NCBI GenBank assembly: GCA_964016885.1
Contig: OZ024766.1
Coordinates: forward strand, 6,200,001-6,264,000
Reading direction: 5' to 3'
Length of the DNA stretch: 64,000 bases
Source of the DNA: Eledone cirrhosa
Lineage: Eukaryota
Under the pieces are notes generated by a model. That model had not been told where the DNA came from, ran no database searches, and saw only the letters and a program-made list of their open reading frames with translations. The stretch's first letter is position 1. Every line of letters starts with the position of its first letter. This document shows, piece by piece, positions 30,480-44,540 of the stretch. Made by a program: the position numbers and the translations under genes.

Positions 30480-30490
<11 letters not shown>
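29150..30490. repeat. ~70-bp unit plus (TA)n spacer, about 13 copies
   Basis: ctaataagctctgtaattcacatagagcattcttttttcctggacctttctgaaggaatttcttcat. Confidence 0.92.
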
Positions 30491-30510
<20 letters not shown>

Positions 30511-32531
30511 GTTATATAGTTATATCTGTATAAATGGTTGGTTCTTTTTAACTTTAGTAAATAAGAACCATTGTGATCACAACCAGCGTGCCATACCACC
30601 ACACCATCATATTATATCATATATCACTTTGGTAAACAAACCTCATACCACCACCGTCACCTCACAGCACCACCATCATCACCTCACAGCACCACCATCA
30701 TCACCACATACCACCGTCATCAACACAAACCATCAACACAACACCACCACCATCACCACCACCACACCAACACCAACACACCACCACCACCACCAACACC
30801 ACCACCATCACACCACCACCAACACCAACACACCACCACCACCACCAACACCATCACCTCATACCACCGTCATCACAAATCATCACCACCACCATCAACA
30901 CATACCACCGTCATCAACACAAACCATCAACACAACACCATCACCATCACCATCAACACATACCACCATCATCGCACATCGTCACCACCACAACCACCAT
31001 CACCTCACACCACCACCATCACCTCATACCACCGTCATCAACACCACCACCATCACACCACCACCACATCCACCATCACACCACCACCACATCCACCATC
31101 ACCTCGCCACCACCGTCATCACACTTCATCACCACCACACTACGACCATACCACCACGACCAACACACCACACACTCAACACACCACCACTAACATCCCA
31201 CACCATACCACCACACGACCATCGCCCGTCAACAACACACCGTACCACCACGACCTCCACACCGTACCACCACCAGCACCATACCATCACCCCATACCAC
31301 CATCGCATCACCAACACACCACCATACCACACACCGTCAACACACCACGACCAGCACCCATACCATCACCACACCACCACCACACCACCACCACCAACAC
31401 CATCACGACCAGCACACCATACCATCACCAACACACCATCAACACACCACACCACACCACACCATACCATACCATCACCCCACCATCACCACACAATACC
31501 ACCATCACCACACCACCAACACACCATACTACCAGCACCATTACCCCCATACCACAACCACCACCACCACCACAACCATCACCATCACCACACCACACCA
31601 TACCACCACCACCACCACAACAGCCATCACCCCCATACCATCACCACCACCACCACCACCACTACAACAACCACCACCATTACAACACCACAACCACCAC
31701 AACCATACCATCACCACAACCACCACAACCATACCGTCACCACAACCACCACCATCACACAGCCATCACCACCACAACCATACCATCACCACACCACAAC
31801 CACCATCACACAGCCATCACCGCCACACCATCACCACCACCATCACACAACCACCACCACCACCACCACAACCAACATCATACAACCACCACCACCATCA
31901 CCACAACCACCACCACAACCACCACCACCATCACACAGCCATCACCACAACCACCATCACACAGCCATCACCACAACCACCATCACACAACCACCACCAC
32001 AACCACCATCATACAACCACCATCACACAACCACCACAACCACAACCACCATCACCACAACCAACATCACACAGCCATCACACAACCACCACCACCATCA
32101 CATAATCACCACCACAACCATCACAACCACCACCACTACCACCACCACCACCACCACCACCACAACCAACATCATACAACCACCACCACCATCACCACAA
32201 CCACCACCACAACCAACATCACACAGCCATCACCACAACCAACATCACCACAACCACCACAACCATCACATAATCACCACCACAACCACCACCACCACAA
32301 CCACCACCACAACCACCATCACCACAACCAACATCACACAGCCATCACCACAACCAACATCACCACCACCACCACAACCATCACATAATCACCATCACAC
32401 AACCACCACCACCACAACCACCACCACCACAACCACCACAACCACCACAACCACCACCACCACCACCACCACCACCACCACAACCACCACAACCACCACC
32501 ACAACCGCCATCGCACATCTAACCTCCAACA

Positions 32532-32736
32532 ATGGCTCATTCCATGAACAACCAACTGCTACTGACGGTGCTGTCCTTCTCAACAGGGGCCGTAGCTTTG
32601 GTGGCACTTGCACTAGCAGTGGCCACAGACTCCTGGTTGTATACACAGGAAGCTGTTAACTATCTCGTCGAGAATGTCACCATAGTATATCTTACAAGGA
32701 TACACTCGGGACTTTGGAGGTACTGTACGATAAATG
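32532..32736 (+). CDS. CACNG: First coding exon of a voltage-dependent calcium channel gamma subunit / stargazin-TARP family gene (PMP22/claudin superfamily, CACNG5/7-like)
   Basis: Translates MAHSMNNQLLLTVLSFSTGAVALVALALAVATDSWLYTQE...ENVT...[12 protein letters not shown]: TM1, the A-V-x-T-D-x-W-L-Y motif, an NVT sequon and the HSGLWRxC motif typical of CACNG. It ends in phase 1 at a consensus donor G|GTGAGT (GT at 32737), where vertebrate CACNG first coding exons also end. Orthologue number not assignable. Confidence 0.9.
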
Positions 32737-32782
32737 GTGAGTCTATATATCTGTATATATGTGTATATATGTGTGTATATGT

Positions 32783-34185
32783 TTGGTTGTATACACAAGA
32801 AGCTGTCAACTTATCTTGTCGAGAATATCACCATAGTATATCTTACAAGGATACACTCGGGACTTTGGAGGTACTGTACGATAAATGGTGAGTCTATATA
32901 TCTGTATATATGTGTATATATGTGTGTATGTGTGTATATGTTTAGTTGTATACACAAGAAGCTGTCAACTTTTCTTGTCGAGAACGTCACCATAGTATAT
33001 TTTACGAGGATACATTCGGGACTTTGGAGGTACTGTACGATAAATGGTGAGTCTATATATCTGTATATATGTGTATATATGTGTGTATATGTTTGGTTGT
33101 ATACACAAGAAGCTGTCAACTTATCTTGTAGAAAATGTCACCATAGTATATTTTACAAGGATATATTCGGGACTTTGGAGGTACTGTACGATAAATGGTG
33201 AGTCTATATATGTGTATATATGTGTATATATGTGTGTATATGTTTAGTTGTATACACAAGAAGCTGTCAACTTATCTTGTCGAGAATGTCACCATAGTAT
33301 ATTTTACAAGGATATATTCGGGACTTTGGAGGTACTGTAGCATAAATGGTGAGTCTATATATGTGTATATATGTGTATATAATAATGAAAATAATAATGA
33401 AATTATTGTGTACAGTGCTCAGGTGCACTACAACTCATCAAAGGTGCATGTATAGTACATAGAATAATGTACAAATATTAGGAAAATGAACAGTGTATGA
33501 GTCATGATATAATAACAATAACAATAATGAAATATTGTGTGTATATGTGTGTATATGTGTATATGTTTAGTTGTATACACAAGAAGCTGTCAACTTATCT
33601 TATAGAGAATATCACCATAGTATATCTTACAAGGATACATTCGGGACTTTGGAGGTACTGTACGATAAATGGTGAGTCTATATATGTGTATAGATGTGTG
33701 CATATGTGTATATATGTGTGTATGTGTGTATATGTTTAGTTGTATACACAAGAAGCTGTCAACTTATCTTGTCGAGAATATCACCATAGTATATCTTACG
33801 AGGATATATTCGGGACTTTGGAGGTACTGTACGATAAATGGTGACTCTATATATGTGTATATATGTGTATATATCTGTATATATTTGTGTATATGTGTAT
33901 ATATGTAAATATGTTTAGTTGTATACACAAGAAGCTGTCAACTTATCTTATAGAGAATGTCACCATAGTATATCTTACAAGGATATATTCGGGACATTGG
34001 AGGTACTGTACGATAAATGGTGACTCTATATATGTGTATATATGTGTATATATGTGTATATGTGTGTATATGTTTAGTTGTATACACAAGAAGCTGTCAA
34101 CTTATCTTGTAGAGAATATCACCATAGTATATCTTACAAGGATACATTCGGGACTTTGGAGGTACTGTAGCATAAATGGTGAGTC
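32783..34185 (+). repeat. 8 tandem copies of the 3' half of the CACNG exon plus splice donor, spaced by (TA/TG)n
   Basis: Unit ttgtatacacaagaagctgtcaacttatcttgtcgagaat...gggactttggaggtactgtacgataaatg|gtgagt. Donor GT at about 32888, 33047, 33198, 33349, 33672, 33841, 34020 and 34179. Confidence 0.95.
33381..33539 (-). mobile_element. CR1 3'-end insertion inside the exon-derived array
   Basis: Near-identical reverse complement of 8058-8210 (CR1 3' UTR and ATT tail). Confidence 0.9.
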
Positions 34186-34849
34186 TATATATGTGTATAT
34201 ATGTGTGTATATATGTGTATATGTGTGTATATGTGTGTATATGTGTATATATGTGTGTATATGAGTGTGTATGTGTATATATATATATGTGTGTATATAT
34301 GTGTATATGTGTATGGATATATATAGCTTGGATTTCTGTGTATATATGTATATATATATGTGTATATATGTGTATATATGTATATATGTATGGATGTATG
34401 GATATATATATAGCTTGGATTTCTGTGTATATATGTTTATATATATGTGTATATATATGTGTATATATGTGTATATATGTGTATATATGTATATATGTAT
34501 ATATGTGTTTATATGTTTATATAGGTGTATATATATATGTGTATATATGTGTATATATGTATATATATATATATGTATATATGTATGGATATATATAGCT
34601 TCGATTTCTGTGTATATATGTATATATATATGTGTATATATGTATATATATGTATGTATATATGGATATATATAGCTTGGATGTGTATATGTATATATAT
34701 AGATATATATACATATATGGCATTGTGTATATAATCCATGTATATATATATATATATATATATGTGTGTATGTGTATAAAGTGCTTGGATATTTGTGTGT
34801 ACATTTGTACGTATATATGTTTGTATATATATGTGTATATTTGCATGTG

Positions 34850-34894
<45 letters not shown>

Positions 34895-34980
34895 TTATAT
34901 GTATTAATCTACTATGTTTGTATATATATATATATATATTTGTGTGTGTATATTCGTTTATATATGCTTGGATGTTTGTG

Positions 34981-35013
<33 letters not shown>

Positions 35014-35018
35014 ATATG

Positions 35019-35049
<31 letters not shown>

Positions 35050-35220
35050 ATATGTATATATATATATATGTGTGTGTGTGTGTATATGTATATATATATA
35101 TATATATGTGTGTGTGTATATGTATATCTATATATATGTAGCTATGTATGTATGTATGTGGATGCATAATTAAATATATGTATGTATGTATATATGAATA
35201 TGTATGTATATATATATATG

Positions 35221-35276
<56 letters not shown>

Positions 35277-35277
35277 A

Positions 35278-35314
<37 letters not shown>

Positions 35315-35323
35315 AACACACAC

Positions 35324-35354
<31 letters not shown>

Positions 35355-35479
35355 TATATATATACATATACACACACACATATATATATATACATATACA
35401 CACACACACATATATATATACATATACACACACACACACACATATATATATATACACACACACATATATATATACATAT

Positions 35480-35511
<32 letters not shown>

Positions 35512-35516
35512 GTGTG

Positions 35517-35765
35517 TATGTCCTTGAGCAAGACACTTTATTTCACATTGCTCCAGTTTCACCTCAGATACAAAAATATGTTATACCTGTAATACAACTG
35601 TTCAGCTTTTGTGACATTTATATTCGGTGTCAAGCTGAATCTCCCTGAGCACTCTATCAAAGGTAAGGTACAAGTGTCTATGGAATGCACAGACACTTGC
35701 TTGTTAATTCCACTAGCAGGATATTCCGGTGATTGTATCAACCGAAACATTTATCATATCTGACA
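35517..35765 (+). mobile_element. Headless CORE-like SINE of another subfamily
   Basis: tgtccttgagcaagacactttatttcacattgctccagtt followed by a different 3' body. Confidence 0.6.
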
Positions 35766-35774
35766 GAAAGTCAA

Positions 35775-35847
<73 letters not shown>

Positions 35848-35871
35848 ATATACATTATTATATATACATAC

Positions 35872-35905
<34 letters not shown>

Positions 35906-35993
35906 GTATGTAAATATGTATATGTATATATAATAATGTATATAAAAATGTTTGTATACAAACACACACCTATATTTATATACACACACACAC

Positions 35994-36055
<62 letters not shown>

Positions 36056-36270
36056 TGTATATATATATACACACACACACTCACACATATATACACATAT
36101 TATATATATATATATATCATCTTTATCATCATCGTTTAACGTCCATCTTCCACGCTTGCATATATATATATATATTATATATATATATATATAAACATAT
36201 ATATATATATATTATATATATATATATAAACATATATCCATATATATATATATTATATATATATATATAT

Positions 36271-36478
<208 letters not shown>

Positions 36479-36509
36479 AATATATATACATATATTATAT
36501 ATATATATA

Positions 36510-36555
<46 letters not shown>

Positions 36556-36585
36556 TACATGTATTATATACATATATACATGTAT

Positions 36586-36637
<52 letters not shown>

Positions 36638-36663
36638 TGTATTATATACATATATATATATAC

Positions 36664-36709
<46 letters not shown>

Positions 36710-36710
36710 G

Positions 36711-36782
<72 letters not shown>

Positions 36783-37075
36783 ACACCATCACAGAGAGAA
36801 GGGGTTTCCCCCACAGATGTAACCACATAACTCTAACTACATCCCTCTGGCCCCAAACCTGACACCAACCTGCTAGTCCTGGGCCTATTAGTTCCCCCTA
36901 AACCCCATCCCTGGGCCCAAGTAGGGACCCGCTACCTTCAGCTGGCTGTGGGCCACACATCTCCAGCTTTTCTTTATCTTACGGAGTATTTCTCTGTTGT
37001 AGAGTTGTCAGGAAGATATATCTTGTTCTGTGACTGACTGGTGAGTCTGTCTGTCTGTCTGTCTCTCTGTCTGTC

Positions 37076-37106
<31 letters not shown>

Positions 37107-37559
37107 CTCTGTCTGTCTCTCTGTCTGTCTCTCTGTCTCTCTCTGTCTGTCTCTCTGTCTGTCTCTCTGTCTCTCTGTCTGTCTCTCTGTCTCTCTGTCT
37201 GTCTCTCTGTCTGTCTCTCTGTCTGTCTCTCTGTCTCTCTGTCTGTCTCTCTGTCTCTCTGTCTGTCTCTCTGTCTGTCTCTCTGTCTGTCTGTCTCTCT
37301 GTCTGTCTCTCTGTCTGTCTCTCTGTCTATCTCTCTGTCTCTCTGTCTGTCTCTCTCTCTGTCTCTCTGTCTGTCTCTCTCTCTGTCTCTCTGTCTGTCT
37401 CTCTCTCTGTCTCTCTGTCTGTCTCTCTGTCTGTCTCTGTCTGTCTCTCTGTCTCTCTGTCTGTCTCTGTCTGTCTCTCTGTCTGTCTCTCTGTCTGTCT
37501 GTCTTTCTCTCTCTGTCTGTCTCTCTGTCTCTCTCTGTCTGTCTCTCTGTCTGTGTCTC

Positions 37560-37592
<33 letters not shown>

Positions 37593-37974
37593 TTCTGTCT
37601 TTCTCTCTGTCTCTCTGTCTGTCTCTCTGTCTCTCTGTCTGTCTCTCTGTCTGTCTCTCTGTCTCTCTGTCTGTCTGTCTTTCTCTCTCTGTCTGTCTCT
37701 CTGTCTGCCTGTCTGTCTCTCTCTCTGTCTGTCTGTCTGTATATACATACAATATATACACACGATATACACAATGTATATATATACAATATATACACAC
37801 AATATACACAATATATACACACAATATATACAATATATACACTATATATATATCAGAACCATAGTTATGTTATATGCCATTGTAAAATTGTTGCTATGTA
37901 CAGAAGGATTTCCTAACTTTAACCCTTTATCCAGATTTCTGACCCCTAAATTCTGTCCCTTCTTCCAAACCTGA

Positions 37975-39558
37975 CCTTGTTGTGACACCTACATGACCAC
38001 TTTACAGTGTGGACTGGGTGCTTTTTGTTGTGACACCTACATGACCACTTTACAGTGTGTACTGGGTACTTTTTGTTGTGACACCTACATGACCACTTTA
38101 CAGTGTGGACTGGGTGTCTTTTGTTATGACACCTACATGACCACTTTACAGTGTGGACTGGGTGCTTTTTGTTGTGACACCTACATGACCACTTTACAGT
38201 GTGTACTGGGTACTTTTTGTTGTGACACCTACATGACCACTTTACAGTGTGGACTGGGTGTCTTTTGTTATGACACCTACATGACTACTTTACAGTGTGT
38301 ACTGGGTGCTGTTTGTTGTGACACCTACATGACCAATTTACAGTGTGGACTGGGTGCTGTTTGTCATGGCACCTACATGACCACTTTACAGTGTGGACTG
38401 GGTGCTGTTTGTTGTGACACCTACATAACCACTTTACAGTGTGGACTGGGTGCTTTTTGTTGTGACACCTACATGACCACTTTGCCGTGTGGACTGGGTG
38501 TTTTTCTTGTGACACCTACATGACCACTTTACAGTGTGGACTGGGTGCTTTTTGTTGTGACACCTACATGACCACTTTACAGTGTGAACTAGGGGCTTTT
38601 TGTCATGACACCTACATGAGCACTTTACAGTGTGGACTGGGTGCTGTTCGTTGTGACACCTACATGACCACTTTACAGTGTGGACTGGATGGTGTTTGTT
38701 GTGACACCTACATGACCACTTTACAGTGTGGACTGGGTACTTTTTGTTGTGACACCTACATGACCACTTTACAGTGTGGACTGCGTGGTGTTTGTTGTGA
38801 CACCTACATGACCACTTTACAGTGTGGACTGCGTGGTGTTTGTTGTGACACCTACATGACCACTTTACAGTGTGAACTGGGTACTTTTTGTTGTGACACC
38901 TACATGACCACTTTACAGTGTGGACTGGGTGTTTTTTGTCATGACACCTACATGACCACTTTACAGTGTGGACTGGGGGCTTTTTGTTGTGACACCTACA
39001 TGACCACTTTACAGTGTGGACTGGTGGCTTTTTGTCGTGACACCTACATGACCACTTTACAGTGTGGACTTGGTGCTTTTTGTTGTGACACCTACATGAC
39101 CACTTTACAGTGTGGACTGGGGGCTTTTTGTTGTGACACCAACATGACCACTTTACAGTGTGGACGGGGTGCTTTTTGTTGTGACACCAACATGACCACT
39201 TTACAGTGTGGACTGGGGGCTTTTTGTTGTGACACCAACATGACCACTTTACAGTGTGGACTGGGGGCTTTTTGTTGTGACACCAACATGACCACTTTAC
39301 AGTGTGGACTGGGGGCTTTTTGTTGTGACACCAACATGACCACTTTACAGTGTGGACGGGGTGCTTTTTGTTGTGACACCTACATGACCACTTTACAGTG
39401 TGGACTGGGGGCTTTTTGTTGTGACACCAACATGACCACTTTACAGTGTGGACGGGGTGCTTTTTGTTGTGACACCAACACAACCACTTTACAGTGTGGA
39501 CTGGGGGCTTTTTGTTGTGACACCAACACAACCACTTTACAGTGTGGACTGGGTGCTG
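37975..39558. repeat. 48-bp SINE-derived tandem array, about 33 copies
   Basis: Unit tgtgacacctacatgaccactttacagtgtggactgggtgctttttgt; 16-aa ORF periodicity. Confidence 0.95.
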
Positions 39559-39589
39559 ATGGTTGGTTTTTCTCATAAGATTTGTCCAG

Positions 39590-41478
39590 TGCAGTACTTC
39601 CGCCATATCTGGGACAGTGTTGTAGTTACATACAGACATCCTAGACCACATTACAGTACTGCTACCACATCTGGGACAGTGTTGTTACATACAGACACCC
39701 TAGACCACATTACACTACTGCTACCACATCTGGGACAGTGTTGTTACATACAGACATCCTAGACCACATTACAGTACTGCTACCACATCTGGGGCAGTGT
39801 TGTTACATACAGACATCCTAGACCACATTACACTACTGCTACCACATCTGGGACAGTGTTGTTACATACAGACATCCTAGACCACATTACAGTACTGCTA
39901 CCACATCTGGGACAGTGTTGTTACATACAGACATCCTAGACCACATTACACTACTGCTACCACATCTGGGACAGTGTTGTTACATACAGACACCCTAGAC
40001 CACATTACAGTACTGCTACCACATCTGGGACAGTGTTGTTACATACAGACACCCTAGACCACATTACAGTACTGCTACCACATCTGGGACAGTGTAGTTA
40101 CATACAGACATCCTAGACCACATTACAGTACTGCTACCACATCTGGGACAGTGTTGTTACATACAGACACCCTAGACCACATTACAGTACTGCTACCACA
40201 TCTGGGACAGTGTTGTTACATACAGACATCCTAGACCACATTACAGTACTGCTACCACATCTGGGACAGTGTTGTTACATACAGACATCCTAGACCACAT
40301 TACAGTACTGCTACCACATCTGGGACAGTGTTGTTACATACAGACACCCTAGACCACATTACAGTACTGCTACCACATCTGGGGCAGGGTTGTAGTTACA
40401 TACAGACATCCTAGACCACATTACAGTACTGCTACCACATCTGGGACAGTGTTGTTACATACAGACACCCTAGACCACATTACACTACTGCTACCACATC
40501 TGGGACAGTGTTGTTGTTACATACAGACATCCTAGACCACATTACAGTACTGCTACCACATCTGGGACAGTGTTGTTACATACAGACACCCTAGACCACA
40601 TAACAGTACTGCTACCACATCTGGGACAGTGTTGTTACATACAGACATCCTAGACCACATAACAGTACTGCTACCACATCTGGGACAGTGTTGTTACATA
40701 CAGACACCCTAGACCACATTACAGTACTGCTACCACATCTGGGACAGTGTTGTTACATACAGACATCCTAGACCACATTACAGTACTGCTACCACATCTG
40801 GGACAGTGTTGTTACATACAGACATCCTAGACCACATTACAGTACTGCTACCACATCTGGGACAGTGTTGTAGTTACATACAGACACCCTAGACCACATT
40901 ACACTACTGCTACCACATCTGGGACAGTGTTGTTACATACAGACACCCTAGACCACATTACAGTACTGCTACCACATCTGGGACAGTGTTGTAGTTACAT
41001 ACAGATATCCTAGACCACATTACAGTACTGCTACCACATCTGGGACAGTGTTGTTACATACAGACACCCTAGACCACATTACAGTACTGCTACCACATCT
41101 GGGACAGTGTTGTAGTTACATACAGACACCCTAGACCACATTACAGTACTGCTACCACATCTGGGACAGTGTTGTTACATACAGACACCCTAGACCACAT
41201 TACAGTACTGCTACCACATCTGGGACAGTGTTGTAGTTACATACAGACACCCTAGACCACATTACAGTACTGCTACCACATCTGGGACAGTGTTGTTACA
41301 TACAGACACCCTAGACTACATTACAGTACTGCTACCACATCTGGGACAGTGTTGTTACATACAGACATCCTAGACCACATTACAGTACTGCTACCACATC
41401 TGGGACAGTGTTGTTACATACAGACATCCTAGACCACATTACAGTACTGCTACCTTATCTAGGACAGTGTTGTTACAT
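39590..41478. repeat. 59/62-bp tandem array, about 32 copies
   Basis: Unit gctaccacatctgggacagtgttg(tag)ttacatacagacaccctagaccacattacagtact. Confidence 0.95.
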
Positions 41479-41679
41479 ATAGAGGGAAGCATGATCCAGA
41501 GAGGAATATATATATATATATATATGTACAGAAGACCCGCCTTGCCTAAGTACAAAGCGAAACCTACTACAGTCAGTAGGCACCTCTAACAAAAATACAC
41601 CCTGTCCTACTACCCCACTCCATCCACACCACCCATTTCGATGTAAAGTTATGTTGGTACCACAACATCCAGTCCGAAA

Positions 41680-41938
41680 CAAATGAGGTTGTGTAGGTGT
41701 CACGACAAAAAAAAACACACAGTCCACGCTGTAATGTGGCCGTGTAGGTAACACGGTAAAAACCTCCCAGTCCACACTGTAAACGTGGTTGGTGTTAGGA
41801 AGGGCATCCAGCTGTAGAAAACCTGTCGGACAGTCCTATGCGAGCAGGACAACCAATCTAGCCTCAAGTGGGAAAACTCCCGCCCAAAGCCATGCAAGCG
41901 TGGAAGATGGACGTTAAACGATGATAATGATGATGATA
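41680..41938 (+). mobile_element. SINE family C 3' portion with two different 48-bp modules
   Basis: Modules, then ttaggaagggcatccagctgtagaaa, then the tail catgcaagcgtggaagatggacgttaaacgatgat. Confidence 0.8.
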
Positions 41939-42000
41939 TATATATATATATATATATATACGATATTAATAAATGGAAACTATATTTATAAAACCATATT

Positions 42001-42065
42001 TATTTCATTATACATATTTCAGGGATACCACATTAAATTATGGTATGCCTTCATCAGACAAAATA
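42001..42065 (-). ncRNA. Minimal type I hammerhead ribozyme
   Basis: Minus strand: tattttgt-CTGATGA-agg c atacca taatttaatg tggtat c cct-GAAA-tatgt-ATA-atgaaata. Intact core, 8-bp stem I with G-U pairs, well-paired stem II. Confidence 0.75.
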
Positions 42066-42593
42066 CAATATATAACAGTTTTACAAATAGGTTTGATGTC
42101 ATATATATATATATATAACTGAACAAATAGAAAAAACGAACAGACATATATTCAATACAAGCTTTTGATATATATTTATGTATATATACGGAGGAGATGA
42201 CGAGGGACCGTGACAAGTGGAGAGATGGTGTGATGAATAGGACCCGTCCCACCCTTACAAGCAGGAAAAAGTGGACGTAAAATGATGATGATGATGATAT
42301 ATATTATATATTATATATTATATATTATATATTAACTTTGCCTTTCATCCTTACGGGGTCGATAAAATAAAGTACCAGTAATGTACTGCGATATTTGCTG
42401 GCCTTGTGCTAACATTAGAAACAATTATATATTATATATTTATTAATCTCTTCCTATTACCCACTCTACCACCCCAAGTATTTATTACTTTGGTGGGTTA
42501 TGGTCTAACTGGTTTTTTACCACACCTAACCTGATATATATACATATATATATACACACATATATATATATATATACATATATATACATATAT

Positions 42594-42760
42594 CTAAGGC
42601 GGGTAAAATTCCCGAGATCCATAGACGAGTTCTCTCCAGCGGTCTCTGTCCCTCATTATCGCTGCCTTGTCCTGCGTCTCCAACAGACCAGTGTCTGTCT
42701 TTAGGGCATCAACATACGTTAACCTTGGTCTTCCTCTTCTAGTGTGTCCATGAAAAGAAA
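42594..42760 (-). mobile_element. RTE-like LINE extreme 3' end
   Basis: HGHTRRGRPRLTYVDALKTDTGL...IMRDRDRWRELV, the typical GRP...DR..WR C-terminus. Confidence 0.8.
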
Positions 42761-42796
42761 TATAGAGAGTTGACATATATATATATACATGTATTC

Positions 42797-43269
42797 ATTC
42801 ATCATTTCATTTCATTTCATTTTACGTCTGCTTTTCCCTGCTTGCAAGGGTGGGATGGGAACTGATACTGGCTTGATTTCTACAGCTGGATGCCCTTCCT
42901 AACACCAACCTCATTTACAGTGAGTGCTGGGTGCTTTTTTGCCGTGGCACCTCCACGACCACTTTGCAGTGGAATGATAGGGACCCCAGTCCCTATCATC
43001 TCATTTCTACAGCTGGATGCCCTTCCTAACACCAACCTCATTTACAGTGAGTGCTGGGTGCTTTTTTGCCGTGGCACCTCCACGACCACTTTACAGTGGA
43101 ATGATAGGGACCCCAGTCCCTATCATCTCATTTCTACAGCTGAGTAAACTGGAGCAATGTGAAATGAAGTGTTTTGCTCAAGGAAACAACACATCGCCCG
43201 GTCTGAGAGTTGAACTCACAACCTTTCGATTGCAAGGCCAATGCTCTAACCACTAAGCCATGTGCCTCC
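42797..43269 (-). mobile_element. SINE family A with a 127-bp internal duplication
   Basis: The segment between two atttctacagctg motifs is duplicated (42876-43002 and 43003-43129). Confidence 0.9.
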
Positions 43270-43438
43270 AAATATATATAATAAAATAAATATGGTTTTA
43301 TAAATATAGTTTCCATTTATTATCATTGAATATTTACTCCAGGATCTGTTTAGTATTTACTCCAGTATCTGTTGAGTGCTCTAAATCATTATAAACATAT
43401 ATTTGTCGGACTTCCAACAAATTATATACCCCTTCTAC

Positions 43439-43494
<56 letters not shown>

Positions 43495-43844
43495 GTGTGT
43501 GTATTAAAGGTTGTAGATTTGCTGGGACACTGTGTTGGGGTGGGGAGTGCTGGGCTGTAGTAGTGGTAGTAGTAGTAGTGGTAGTAGTAGTGGTGGTGGT
43601 AGTGGTGGTGGTAGTAGTGGTAGTGGTAGTAGTAGTGGTGGTGGTGGTGGTGGTAGTGGTGGTAGTGGTGGTAGTGGTGGTAGTAGTGGTGGTGGTGGTG
43701 GTGGTGGTGGTGATAATAGTAGTAGTAGTGGTAGTGGTGGTAGTAGTGGTGGTGGTGGTAGTGGTGTGATGGTGGTAGTGGTGGTGGTGGTAGTAGTAGA
43801 TCTAGTAGTAGATCTAGTAGTAGTAGTGTTGGTGGTGGTGTTGA

Positions 43845-43875
<31 letters not shown>

Positions 43876-44501
43876 GTTGGTGGTGGTGGTAGTGGTAGTG
43901 GTAGTAGTAGTGTTGGTGTCACAGAATTGGCTGTTGCTATGGTAGCGGTGGTGGTGTGATTGTGTGTGTATATGTGTGTGTGTATATATGTGTGTATGTG
44001 TGTATATATATGTTTGTATATATATGTGTGTGTATATGTGTATATATGTGTGTATATGTGTGTATATATATGTGTGTATATGTGTGTGTATATATATGTG
44101 TGTGTATATATGTGTGTATATATGTGTGTGCGTGTGTGTATATATATATGTGTGTATATATGTGTTTGTATGTAATTGTTATCATGCTGTTGGCAATGAT
44201 GTATGTGTGTATGCATGTGTGTGTATGTGTGTGTATGTGTGCATGTGTGTCTGTGTATGTATGCATGTGTATATGCATGTGTGTCTGTGTATGTATGTGT
44301 GTGTGTGTGCATATGTGTGTGTGTGTATGCATGGTTGTGTGTGTATGCATGGTCGTGTGTGTGTATGTATGCATGTGTGTGTGTGTATGCCTTTGTGTGT
44401 GTGTGTATGCATGTGTGTGTATGCCTTTGTGTGTGTGTGTATGCATGTGTGTGTATATATGTGTGTATGCATGTGTGTGTATGCGTGTGTATGTATGTAT
44501 G

Positions 44502-44540
<39 letters not shown>

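Noticed and set aside
29150-30490. CRISPR-like repeat-spacer appearance (also 32783-34185 and 26790-27500)
   Set aside because: Spacers are (TA)n microsatellite, not unique sequence; eukaryotic context with no cas genes.
30629-32659. 676-aa ORF as an N-terminal extension of the TARP
   Set aside because: Different frame from the CACNG ATG, and composed of (CCA)n repeats.
37993-39651. Cys-rich 16-aa repeat protein (also 55660-58574 and the 24-aa repeat at 61302-63731)
   Set aside because: Unit lengths are multiples of 3 and several frames or strands are open. The 48-bp monomers match SINE modules, and all lie in introns.
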